A stretch of 64,000 nucleotides of DNA from Candidatus Giovannonibacteria bacterium (lineage in GTDB: Bacteria; Patescibacteriota; Minisyncoccia; JACPKW01; UBA11713). The stretch covers positions 34,120-98,119 of the forward strand of contig JACPKW010000003.1 of assembly GCA_016186825.1 (NCBI GenBank), written 5' to 3'. Of this stretch, positions 27,805 to 36,811 are shown one piece after another (the first letter of the stretch is position 1; each line of letters begins with the position of its first letter). A program made the position numbers and the translations under genes. The notes under the pieces were generated by a model. That model made no database searches, had not been told where the DNA came from, and saw nothing but the letters and a program-made list of their open reading frames with translations.

Positions 27805-28290
27805 TTATTCGGTTTTAAACTTTCTAAGATCCATGTAGTAATACCCGAAAACAGCTCCCGAAGTCGCAAGCACCGTCAAAACCTTCAAAATAAATCTTGC
27901 AGTCAGTCCTCCTTGCAAAAGGTAATAAATCAATGTGACCAAATCTACTATAATAACTATTGCGGCGAGAAAAAGCGTGAAATAAATCAGCCACTTTCTA
28001 ATCCGGAGATCCCTTTTAGATGGAGTTTGGAGATAACTTTTATTGAGCATCCAAGAAGTTGCAATAAACACAGGAAAAATAACTATCAAGGCTGCAACCG
28101 ACCAACGAATCGCTTCATAATAATATGTCGGATCAAAATAAGGACCTTCTTCAACCGGATCGGGAAAATAAATATTAATAATCTGAAAAATCAGCGCCAA
28201 GAAACTGATCACGCTCACGTAGAGCGCAAGGATTGCCAAAAGGTGCATGAATACATCCTTTGGCGATGTTCTTTGGGTTGTTCCGTCCAT
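27805..28290 (-). CDS. Hypothetical polytopic membrane protein
   Basis: Four TM helices. Y-rich termini. Confidence 0.4.
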   Translation of the reverse strand: MDGTTQRTSPKDVFMHLLAILALYVSVISFLALIFQIINIYFPDPVEEGPYFDPTYYYEAIRWSVAALIVIFPVFIATSWMLNKSYLQTPSKRDLRIRKWLIYFTLFLAAIVIIVDLVTLIYYLLQGGLTARFILKVLTVLATSGAVFGYYYMDLRKFKTE

Positions 28291-28302
28291 AATTTAATAA
28301 AG

Positions 28303-29088
28303 TTATTTTATTTGATAAGTAACAGTAACGTTAACTACGACTTCATTTTCACCAGGCGGAAGACTTGGAGGCGTTGCATCGCTTGCCCCGCCCATTCCCT
28401 CTCTATAGTAAGGATAGGGGCTGACCGGTCCGCCATATTCGCCAAAGCCGATCACTCTGCCGAGGCGAACACCTAACTTATCCGTAAGCTCTTTTGCTTT
28501 TCTCGCAGCATCTTCGATCGCTTTATTTCTCGCTTCAAGCTGGGATGTCTCCGGATCTTCAGTCGTAAACGAAAGCCCTCCCACTTGATTCGCGCCTGCG
28601 CTCGTTCCAGCCGCCAAAATTTCACCTGCTCTTTCAAGATTTCTTATTTTTACCTGAAAATTTTGCGAGACCGTATATCCGATAATTTCTGGCGCACGCT
28701 GTGATCCGTCGGACATGGGCATATTGTAAAAATAATTGTATTTCGGGGTAATGGAATAATTCGTGGTCTTTATATCTTTTTCCTCGACTCCTTTTTCTTT
28801 GACTGCCGCGTAAATCCTGTTTGAAAGTGCCGTCGCCTCATCTTGCGCTTCTTTCACGGTTTTCTTTTCGACGACTACCGCGAAATTTATTTCGCCGATA
28901 TCAGGTTTTACAAATACTCTTCCCTCGCCTGTTATCGAAATGCTCGGAGCAGTTATGTCAGGCTTTCTCAAAACTTCCACGATTTCCCACGTTTTCGCCG
29001 CCAGAAAAATTATTAAAAATAAACCAACTGCACTTAAGACCCATCTCTTAATCGAATAGCCCATAAACCTGTTTTCTTCGTTGTCCAT
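28303..29088 (-). CDS. SIMPL-domain (DUF541, BP26/OMP28-like) periplasmic protein
   Basis: N-terminal TM anchor. DIKTTNYSITPKYNYF and the LSFTTEDPETSQLEARNKAIEDAARKAKELTDKLGVRLGRV helix typical of SIMPL. Confidence 0.65.
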   Translation of the reverse strand: MDNEENRFMGYSIKRWVLSAVGLFLIIFLAAKTWEIVEVLRKPDITAPSISITGEGRVFVKPDIGEINFAVVVEKKTVKEAQDEATALSNRIYAAVKEKGVEEKDIKTTNYSITPKYNYFYNMPMSDGSQRAPEIIGYTVSQNFQVKIRNLERAGEILAAGTSAGANQVGGLSFTTEDPETSQLEARNKAIEDAARKAKELTDKLGVRLGRVIGFGEYGGPVSPYPYYREGMGGASDATPPSLPPGENEVVVNVTVTYQIK

Positions 29089-29253
29089 TTTAGGTATTAA
29101 ATTTAGTTATAATTATCTCAATTATACTGACGATTTGAGCTTATGGAAAGTTACAAAAAGCAACAAAGCCCCGGGCAACGCAAGGTCGCGAACGGGGCTT
29201 TGGGTTAATTCATGGGCGGCCTACTACACCTTGAGTCCACGAAGAGGAGAGCT

Positions 29254-29643
29254 TCATTCGTTAGAGCGGGGCTCCGACTCTCGAGATTCGTTTTCTTTTC
29301 TAGCCAGTTTCCGCGACCAACATCCCGCCCGGCCACTTCCATATTTTTTTTCGTTTTCAGCCGCCTCCGCCGGAGTATCTCCAAATCCTAGGCAAAAATC
29401 CTCGTCCATGCTGGTCAAGCAGAGCGCCTTGCCTCCGCTCTCCTCTGCCAATCGAAGCGCCTCGTCCTGCTGCTCTGAGACGGTTTTAAAATGACCGACG
29501 AAAAGGCGGTGCAAGATTCTACGTTTCCCGTCTGCCATATCTGCTAAACGTAAAGATACTCGATAATAACTGGCAGCTGCTGTCATCACAGAAAACTCTT
29601 CGTTGAGCTTCTGCTCCTGCGCCTTTGGAATTAACTTTCCCAT
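29254..29643 (-). CDS. Hypothetical protein in GC-rich islet (strand uncertain; overlapped by + ORF 29081..29494)
   Basis: ORF only. Local GC clearly above neighbours. Confidence 0.3.
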   Translation of the reverse strand: MGKLIPKAQEQKLNEEFSVMTAAASYYRVSLRLADMADGKRRILHRLFVGHFKTVSEQQDEALRLAEESGGKALCLTSMDEDFCLGFGDTPAEAAENEKKYGSGRAGCWSRKLARKENESRESEPRSNE

Positions 29644-29778
29644 TATTCACCTCCAAAAGAATTTTCTTTGATTTAACTGAAGCATAATTATGAAATTCCG
29701 TCAAACTAAAAATCCCGCCCCACGCATTGCGAGGCGGGATCATTTAAATCCGGTTCGAAGAAAATCAGCTCAAGAAAT

Positions 29779-30255
29779 CTAAGCCGCCATCTTTGGATAC
29801 ATTGGGACGCTCTTTAAAACATGCACAAGAACCATCCCGTCCGGCGGTTTAAGTTCGAGAGCCTTTTTGGCCGCAATCGTGCCGCAGGATAAGTAGCCGA
29901 GCGAGAGCACCTTATCTCCTCTGCCATCGCCACATTCATTACGATACAGCGCGAAATACTCTTCGACACGATCAGTCATCTCGATGACTGATCGGTCGCC
30001 GGCAACAACCGCTGACAAAAGCCTAATGACAAGATCCGTTCCGAGATCGGGTACGACAAGCAATACCCGATTAAAAAAATAACTCGCGACCACATCTCCT
30101 TGGCCATTCTCCAGACGAGCTAATTCCTGCGCCGCCAATGCCGCCGCCGCGAGCAAAAAACCACGAACAGCAACTCCGGTTTGTTCAGACATTAGCTCTG
30201 CATGAGCGATGATGTCGCCCAATACTTCCTCAACCCGGCTTTCATCTTTTTGCAT
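29779..30255 (-). CDS. Hypothetical protein in GC-rich islet
   Basis: 158 aa. Ala/Leu-rich. No recognised motif. Confidence 0.4.
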   Translation of the reverse strand: MQKDESRVEEVLGDIIAHAELMSEQTGVAVRGFLLAAAALAAQELARLENGQGDVVASYFFNRVLLVVPDLGTDLVIRLLSAVVAGDRSVIEMTDRVEEYFALYRNECGDGRGDKVLSLGYLSCGTIAAKKALELKPPDGMVLVHVLKSVPMYPKMAA

Positions 30256-30340
30256 CTCTTTCTCCTCTCCGAAAAAATTTTTTGAAACGAACTACAAATC
30301 AAAATTAACGCTTCCGCGAGAAAACGTCAATTCATTTAAA

Positions 30341-30745
30341 TTATTTATCCAACAGTGTCCGCAAATTAAATCTCGGAAAAACTTTTGAAAGAAGGAATCC
30401 AGGAACTAAACCAACAAGCAGCGGAATTATCATTAATTGAACAACAACTTCGGTAATTATAAATAATCTAGAAAAAATAAAAAATAATAAGAGAATTAAA
30501 ATAATCCAAATATACTTATTCTGATCTCCGATAAAAGAAAAAACTAATGATAAAAAGAACGGTAGAGCAATAAAAAAACCCAAAATAGCATCTAATCCAA
30601 AACCCCACATTCCACTCCCACATTCAAAATTTTTACAGAACCAATCACCAACAGGTCGTGAAGCAAGACCAGCAATAATAAAAACTAATGCGCTGATCAG
30701 AATATTAAATATTAAATTCCGAAAAAATATTTTTAAATTTTCCAT
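30341..30745 (-). CDS. Hypothetical membrane protein (very AT-rich gene)
   Basis: 3-4 TM helices. Confidence 0.4.
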   Translation of the reverse strand: MENLKIFFRNLIFNILISALVFIIAGLASRPVGDWFCKNFECGSGMWGFGLDAILGFFIALPFFLSLVFSFIGDQNKYIWIILILLLFFIFSRLFIITEVVVQLMIIPLLVGLVPGFLLSKVFPRFNLRTLLDK

Positions 30746-31327
30746 TTAATTATTTATCAGCCACTTAATATCATCTCTTAATATATTATACGCTCTTAAA
30801 TCTATTTGATTAATTCTCTTTGCCACATCTAGATGTTTTAACGCAGTATTTAGAAGCGCCTTTCTGGCTATTTCATGATTGGACTTATCTGCTGACATAA
30901 GCAATCTAATCAATGAATTTTTCAGAGGAAAGCGAGCACCAAACCACCCAAGTTCCGCAGACCTTTTTACATCCGAAATAGTGCTTTCTATTTTCGCTGT
31001 GACTAGAAAATCAATATTAGTGCTAGTTGGGTTTCCTAAAAAATCAACAGCAGAAACGTATAATCTATGTTCACCCAGTTTTTCATAAAAAAGATCTATG
31101 CTTGATGTCCCACTAATAATCTTACCGTCGAATTTTATCGTAGAAGATGCCACACCTGATTCCAAATCAAAAATATTAACTTTCAAATAATCCGAATGCA
31201 GATATTTTTTATCGGGAGGCAGATTAATTTCAATTTGGGGCGGTTCGTTGTCGGCAGGCAGAATTTGGAGATTTTCAGGATGCAAATTATCAACATTTAC
31301 CAACAACTCCTCTTCTTGTTCAGGCAA
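30746..31327 (-). CDS. Hypothetical protein (193 aa) downstream of the lipase-like gene
   Basis: TTG start per track. No motif recognised. Confidence 0.35.
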   Translation of the reverse strand: MPEQEEELLVNVDNLHPENLQILPADNEPPQIEINLPPDKKYLHSDYLKVNIFDLESGVASSTIKFDGKIISGTSSIDLFYEKLGEHRLYVSAVDFLGNPTSTNIDFLVTAKIESTISDVKRSAELGWFGARFPLKNSLIRLLMSADKSNHEIARKALLNTALKHLDVAKRINQIDLRAYNILRDDIKWLINN

Positions 31328-31476
31328 AGTTTCTGCGCTAAATTCTTTCTCAACAAAAGCATCATCAGAAATATATGCCGATAAAACAGTATATGATCCG
31401 CCATTATCCGTTCCCTTTGTATAAACTTTATATTCTCCATCGAGCGGATTTGGAATAGTAATATATTCATCATCCG

Positions 31477-33525
31477 TTAATTGACTTCTTCGTTTGTACT
31501 GAAGTTTCGCCCTATTTTTTTTCCATCCGGCGATACAACCAACATATCAGCCGGGGAAAGCATCTTGAAAATAATTATTCGCCACCCAGTGTCCGAACCA
31601 ATAAATAACTTTTCAGCATCTCTTCCAGTTAACTCTTTAAAAACCAGTCCTTCCGCTTTAGTGGGAAGTTCGCCATGTTCTGATATAATAACATTCAAAT
31701 TTTCTGTTATCCTGCCTGCACTATTATTTGGAACTGTTCCGTCACCTTGTCCTCTCTCCAGACCTCTATCCCCAATTTTTTCATAAAAACCTTCTGGATA
31801 GCCATATTCCCATTTTGGTAGTGCTTTGGAACTAACAACGCGAATTAATGTTATGGTATCGTCAGTTATTTTCAATCCTTGAAAATTAGCAACACGCACA
31901 CGAGATTCAAGTTTAAAACGTGTATTATCTAAATTTTCAAGAAATATATTTCTAGGATAATCATAAGGATAATCATTAAGGTATTCGCTATTTTTGTCTC
32001 GGATGTATGCATAAACTGGTAATAGTTCTTTTATAGATAAAATAGGTTTTTTGTGAATGTACTCATACAAGTTATCATACCCAGCTTTTTCAGCTTCTCT
32101 AATCAGATAATATTTTAGTAACTGATTTCTAAAATTTATATCCGTTTCTCCTCCTTCCCACATTAAATAGTCATTAGGAGCCCCCAAATGCGGCGTGCCT
32201 AAAAATATCAACTGATCCACGTCATTTTCATACTCATCAGACTGAACATATTGGCGTGCGACGAGACCGCCCATTGAATGCGCGACAAGATCAACCTTTT
32301 CGCATCTGCAAACTTCCTGAACTTTATTAATTTTTTGCCGAAGTTTTTCCGCAGTAATAATATTAGACTCATGCCAATCGTAAGGAAAAGTGAAAAGATT
32401 TTTTTCTTTTTCATAACCGTTTTCGGCCAAAGTTTCGATCAAATTATCGTAAGTATGCAAAATGCGATCCATATACCAGGTGCTGTATACCTGCGTAGAG
32501 CCGAGAATTCCCGGAATAATTATTACGGGGTCCACCAAGGCAGGCGCTTTTTCAATCGGTTGGGGAGTAGAAACTACGGCGCTATTTGGAAAGCTGGTCA
32601 GCCCAAAAAATGAGACATAGCTTGCTTCCGACCCGTCGGGCAATAAATTGGAAAAATCTTGCGAGCAAAGAGAGCACTCCTCTTTCTGGTTAGTTTCATC
32701 GTTCCAAATTTCATAATGCGTAGGGCTCGTGAAGCGCACACTGAAATATCTGGTCCAACGCTTTATCCATGCGCTATATGGATCAGGCGGATCAAATGTT
32801 TTTTTAAGAACGCAATCTTCGTCATATAAAAATAAGCGCGGAAACCACCCGCGCCCATCGTCATACAAAGAATTAAAACGAAAATAGAGCTTTAGATAGC
32901 CGTTTTCATATTCTGATCTTTCGTAATTATCAAAGAAATCTCCGTTGGAAAAAAACTCTGGGCAAGCAATAGGTTTTGCAAGCGAAAAATTTCTGATAGG
33001 AGGTCCGGTCGCATCTCCCTTAATTCGATACGGCGAAGTCCTTATAAAACTAACAGATTCATAAGTGCTCCCTTGAAAAAAGAGCTCGTTGTAGTCTCCG
33101 ACGACAGGAACATCACCTGAACAATATACGCAATCTTGGCGGACATCGAGCTCGTCATTCCAAATTTCATAATGCGTGGGTGTTATAAATCGAATGCTGA
33201 AATATTCGATTCCGGGATCGAGAAATAGCCATCTAACTTCATTCTTAATAAAGAAATTCTTGCAGTTATCATCAAGGATAGAATAATTTAGAATCCACGG
33301 GCGGCTGTCATTTTGAGGCGTTTTCAGTTTCAGATGAATTCGAAGCAGGTTGTTTATATACTCAACCCGCTCATAGTCATCGAAAAAATAGTTATTGTAA
33401 ATTAGATTTCCCCAAGTTTTAAATCCATAGTCGGTGCATTCAGAAGCAGCGCGAACCTTGGAAGGCAAAATAAAAAAGCTGCCAATCATAGCCGCTCCTA
33501 TCAAGAATGAAATTTTTTTATTCAT
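31477..33525 (-). CDS. Secreted alpha/beta-hydrolase (lipase/esterase-like, GHSMGG nucleophile elbow) with two tandem N-terminal beta-rich domains
   Basis: Signal peptide from ATG 33525 (MNKKISFLIGAAMIGSFFILPSKVRAA). Duplicated ~170-aa module (FSIRFITPTHYEIWNDE / FSVRFTSPTHYEIWNDE). PVIIIPGILGS oxyanion-hole-like segment and DLVAHSMGGLVAR. Confidence 0.65.
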   Translation of the reverse strand: MNKKISFLIGAAMIGSFFILPSKVRAASECTDYGFKTWGNLIYNNYFFDDYERVEYINNLLRIHLKLKTPQNDSRPWILNYSILDDNCKNFFIKNEVRWLFLDPGIEYFSIRFITPTHYEIWNDELDVRQDCVYCSGDVPVVGDYNELFFQGSTYESVSFIRTSPYRIKGDATGPPIRNFSLAKPIACPEFFSNGDFFDNYERSEYENGYLKLYFRFNSLYDDGRGWFPRLFLYDEDCVLKKTFDPPDPYSAWIKRWTRYFSVRFTSPTHYEIWNDETNQKEECSLCSQDFSNLLPDGSEASYVSFFGLTSFPNSAVVSTPQPIEKAPALVDPVIIIPGILGSTQVYSTWYMDRILHTYDNLIETLAENGYEKEKNLFTFPYDWHESNIITAEKLRQKINKVQEVCRCEKVDLVAHSMGGLVARQYVQSDEYENDVDQLIFLGTPHLGAPNDYLMWEGGETDINFRNQLLKYYLIREAEKAGYDNLYEYIHKKPILSIKELLPVYAYIRDKNSEYLNDYPYDYPRNIFLENLDNTRFKLESRVRVANFQGLKITDDTITLIRVVSSKALPKWEYGYPEGFYEKIGDRGLERGQGDGTVPNNSAGRITENLNVIISEHGELPTKAEGLVFKELTGRDAEKLFIGSDTGWRIIIFKMLSPADMLVVSPDGKKIGRNFSTNEEVN

Positions 33526-33686
33526 ATCCTTTCGACAAAGTTCTTTCTGCGCTCTTGGGACGCTGGCACTATTTTCAGGAAAGCAAGGTTTGAAAATAAA
33601 ATCAACGTGGTGCCATCTTCCCACGATCGTGGAGAGATGGCGCCATAAAAAGAAGAGGCGGAGGGAATGGGCGAGATTCGCACATT

Positions 33687-34103
33687 TTATTTCCCTCCGC
33701 GCTCATTAAACCAAGCTATAACCTCATCCTCTGACCATTTGGAATCCTCAAGATAACGGCCCCTTTCGTCAACTAGCGACAAAAAATTTATGAGGCCGCT
33801 TTTTGGGCTCCATCCAATCCTGAAAATTCTGTCGCGGAGAGTTCTCCTGTTTGAAAAATAAAAATTGCGATAACTCGCAGTCTCCGCACGCAAAATTATA
33901 GAATAGACCGCAGATGTGATCAGTTCTTTTGCCCACGGTTTTAAAACTCTCACCGGGTTTCTCATATCCTGAAGCGGGATTCCAGCCCATAAAAGAAAGA
34001 GCTTGGGGTCAACTAGCTTTATTTCTTCTTTTGTTAAAACGATCATATTGCCCTCCTTGCTATACTTTCCAAGAAAACAGAAAACCGGAGAGAAATCAAG
34101 CAT
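33687..34103 (-). CDS. Hypothetical protein
   Basis: ORF only. Possible alternative start at MIVLTKEE. Confidence 0.35.
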   Translation of the reverse strand: MLDFSPVFCFLGKYSKEGNMIVLTKEEIKLVDPKLFLLWAGIPLQDMRNPVRVLKPWAKELITSAVYSIILRAETASYRNFYFSNRRTLRDRIFRIGWSPKSGLINFLSLVDERGRYLEDSKWSEDEVIAWFNERGGK

Positions 34104-34124
34104 CCCTTTTTAAAAATCGCGAAA

Positions 34125-34355
34125 TTATTTTTTTGCTGAAGATGAAGCTTTAATCTGTTTCCTTGAAATGGTTTTTCTGTCTTCTTCTGTTGGTTTCGGG
34201 GATTCGGCTGGGGGATTTTTGACTTTCTTGGCAAAGCGCGCGTAAAGTTCAGAAATTTTTTCGCGCCGAATTCCAAGATCTGAAAACTGCCCGCGGATAC
34301 GGCTTTTTTCAAATCGAATAAATTTTCTCGAACTCTTTGGTAATCTTTTGATCAT
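34125..34355 (-). CDS. Hypothetical small basic protein
   Basis: K/R-rich 76 aa. Confidence 0.3.
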   Translation of the reverse strand: MIKRLPKSSRKFIRFEKSRIRGQFSDLGIRREKISELYARFAKKVKNPPAESPKPTEEDRKTISRKQIKASSSAKK

Positions 34356-34386
34356 AAATAGTGAGGCCGCCGGCCAACTTTAAAAA

Positions 34387-34578
34387 TCAGTAATCGGCCG
34401 GCGGCGGGTTTTGGATGAATTTTTCGGGGCGCACTATGTTAGCCGATAAAAACGTGTTGGCAAAATAAATGCCGAAAACAAGGAAGGCGACAAGCATCAC
34501 CAGAATAAACTTATTCAAAATTTTCTCTGCCTGTTCTTCTTCTTTTTTCCTTTCCTCTTCTCGCTCAGAATCAGTCAT
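34387..34578 (-). CDS. Hypothetical small membrane protein
   Basis: Acidic N-terminus + 1 TM. Confidence 0.3.
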   Translation of the reverse strand: MTDSEREEERKKEEEQAEKILNKFILVMLVAFLVFGIYFANTFLSANIVRPEKFIQNPPPADY

Positions 34579-34693
34579 ACAGAGCTCCTTTCCGCACCCA
34601 AAAAATTCACCTGAAAAAATTATAATCTTCTTTCAGAAATTAGTCTAGCTAAAAAAGTTAGCCGCCGGTCGATGAAATTCGACGACCGGCGGT

Positions 34694-34894
34694 TTAAGGA
34701 AAAAGGGGCGACAAAATTGAGCTCGAAGGAACACTTACCAGTATCCCGAGCAGGACAAAAAACAAAAAAACGATAATCCATGGTCCCAAGTCATCGCCCT
34801 TTTTTAAACACGGGTTTTTTCTGTCATTCTTCATCTGCCACCTCGAGATAACTAAATTTTCAATATCAGCCGATAGTATAGCGCGCGGGCTCAA
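34694..34894 (-). CDS. Hypothetical small membrane protein
   Basis: 1 TM. 66 aa. Confidence 0.25.
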   Translation of the reverse strand: MSPRAILSADIENLVISRWQMKNDRKNPCLKKGDDLGPWIIVFLFFVLLGILVSVPSSSILSPLFP

Positions 34895-34896
34895 AA

Positions 34897-36117
34897 TTAG
34901 TCCAGCCTTGAACTATTAAACAAATTTTCGAGTTCTTCGCGCGCAACACGGCGGTCGTCCCACGGCGTTTTCGTTCCGTGCGGACCCATAATCCAAGGCT
35001 CCGAACCTTTGCCGGTGATAACAACGGTTTCATTTTCAGCGGCAGACTTCAAAGCTTCGCGGATTGCAACTCTCCGGTCAAGAATCTTTTCGAAATTATG
35101 CGATCGCGACACCTGCTCAATAATTTCATTCGGATCCTCGTCATACGGGTCCTCATTCGTAACATAAATTTTCCTGCAATATTTTGCGGCGATATCTCCC
35201 AAAACTGAACGCTTCCATTTGTCGCGCCCTCCTCCCGCCGCACCCAAAACACAGACAAGGCTCGGGCTTTCTCTCCTCGTATATTCATAAAGCGTTTCCA
35301 AAGTCTGCGGCAAAAAAGCATAATCAACGAGAACTTTGAATTTCGGATTCACGCCCTCAGGCGGATTAATATATTCCATACGTCCAGGCAATGTAATTAT
35401 TTTTTCAAGCGCACTTTTAGAAGTTTCATCTGAAATTTTCTCGTGGCGGGCAAAAGCGAGCGCAGCCATTGCGTTTGCCTTGTTAAAATCGCCCAAAAGC
35501 TTCAGCTTTATTGAATCGGGAAATCTCGAGGGATGAAAAAATACTTTGTCCAAAGAAGGCAGTTTGTTAAAAAAATCAAAATATTGGTCTTCCGCGTTCA
35601 AAACGTGAATCGGCGCCAGATAAAATATTTTAGCCTTCGAATCACGATAGTTTTCAAATCCACCATGCGCTTCCAAATGCTCCTTCGAAAGATTATTTAG
35701 TACCGCGGCGTAAAATTTTATAAATTTATGCCGGAATTGTTTTATCCCTTCCGAAGTAGTCTCAAGAAAAACATAATCGCATCCGGCATTCCGGGCATCC
35801 GCCAAAAACTTCTGTACGCGAAAGCGCCCCGGCATCGTCATTTTTAAAAGATTTGGCTCTGCTCTGTTTTGAATTTTAAACCGGAGGCCCGAAAGTGAAG
35901 CAGTTTTATATCGAGCCTCCGAAAAAATCGCATGGAGCATTTCAACAAGCGTTGTTTTTCCGGAAGTTCCAGTAACTGCAATGACTTTCATTTTTCGAGA
36001 GGGAAAACCGTAATAAACCGCGCCGATCAGCGCCAATATATAATGGTAGGCAGGCTGGAAAAATTTAAATGCTGAACGCGGCATTATTTTTTTTAAAATC
36101 CATAAAACTTTTTCCAC
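34897..36117 (-). CDS. Mur-ligase-family protein (central ATP-binding + C-terminal domains)
   Basis: P-loop VIAVTGTSGKTT. ETTSEG motif. 406 aa. Confidence 0.6.
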   Translation of the reverse strand: MEKVLWILKKIMPRSAFKFFQPAYHYILALIGAVYYGFPSRKMKVIAVTGTSGKTTLVEMLHAIFSEARYKTASLSGLRFKIQNRAEPNLLKMTMPGRFRVQKFLADARNAGCDYVFLETTSEGIKQFRHKFIKFYAAVLNNLSKEHLEAHGGFENYRDSKAKIFYLAPIHVLNAEDQYFDFFNKLPSLDKVFFHPSRFPDSIKLKLLGDFNKANAMAALAFARHEKISDETSKSALEKIITLPGRMEYINPPEGVNPKFKVLVDYAFLPQTLETLYEYTRRESPSLVCVLGAAGGGRDKWKRSVLGDIAAKYCRKIYVTNEDPYDEDPNEIIEQVSRSHNFEKILDRRVAIREALKSAAENETVVITGKGSEPWIMGPHGTKTPWDDRRVAREELENLFNSSRLD

Positions 36118-36137
36118 GATTTATAAATTAATATTTA

Positions 36138-36716
36138 TTAACTTGAGTGCTTCCCGAGCATTTTAAGCGCTTCTCTAACCCTTGCAGAGGTGCCTTCGAC
36201 TTCTGAAGGAATTTTTTGCAAAGCTTCGCGCGCTTCGCGTAAAGAATACCCGAGCGATTCAAGCGCTTCGAGGGCATCCCGCTCCTCCTTCAATAGCGGC
36301 CCCTCGGGCGAAGCTTTCCCGAATTTCTCCCGAAGCTCCACCATAATTTTTTCGGCGGTTTTCCTTCCAATTCCCGAAACCTTAGTTAAATAAGAAAGCT
36401 CGCCTGATGCAATCGCGTGCTTCAGCATATCAAGCGGAGCCACATTGGTAATTCCTAAAGCTGTCCTCGGCCCCACGCCGGGAACGCCGATCAGAGTTTC
36501 GAAAAAGTTAAGTTCTGCCGGTAAAGAAAAACCGTAAAGCTCTATTGCGTCTTCCCGCTGATGCAAATGGGTCCAAATCTTTGTTTTTTCCTCTGCGAAT
36601 GGAATTTTCGCCGAAGTTTCCGTGTTAATAAAAATCTTATAACCGACTCCGCTAACGTCCAATATAATGTAACGCTCGCCCTTAAAAACAACTTTTCCTT
36701 CCAAATAACCGATCAT
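36138..36716 (-). CDS. ruvA: Holliday junction DNA helicase RuvA
   Basis: MIGYLEGKV OB-fold start. Double HhH (GVGPRTALGI / VSGIGRKTAEKI). C-terminal domain III. Confidence 0.85.
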   Translation of the reverse strand: MIGYLEGKVVFKGERYIILDVSGVGYKIFINTETSAKIPFAEEKTKIWTHLHQREDAIELYGFSLPAELNFFETLIGVPGVGPRTALGITNVAPLDMLKHAIASGELSYLTKVSGIGRKTAEKIMVELREKFGKASPEGPLLKEERDALEALESLGYSLREAREALQKIPSEVEGTSARVREALKMLGKHSS

Positions 36717-36811
36717 AAGTTCATGCTACTTAATTAAAGAAGCCTAGGCAAATAAAAACTCACATAGGTAAATAAATTTTTGTTTTCATGGTATAATGCA
36801 AGTTTCCAATC

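Noticed and set aside
31327-31480. Possible frameshift joining the lipase-like ORF to the downstream 193-aa ORF
   Set aside because: The upstream ORF ends at a clean TAA (31477-31479). The downstream ORF is in a different frame with its own start. There is no evidence of a broken gene.
34897-36117. Assigning the Mur-ligase-family protein specifically to MurT, CapB/PgsB or MurE
   Set aside because: Only the generic P-loop and ligase middle-domain motifs are recognisable by eye, and there is no partner gene (for example gatD) nearby. It is kept at family level.
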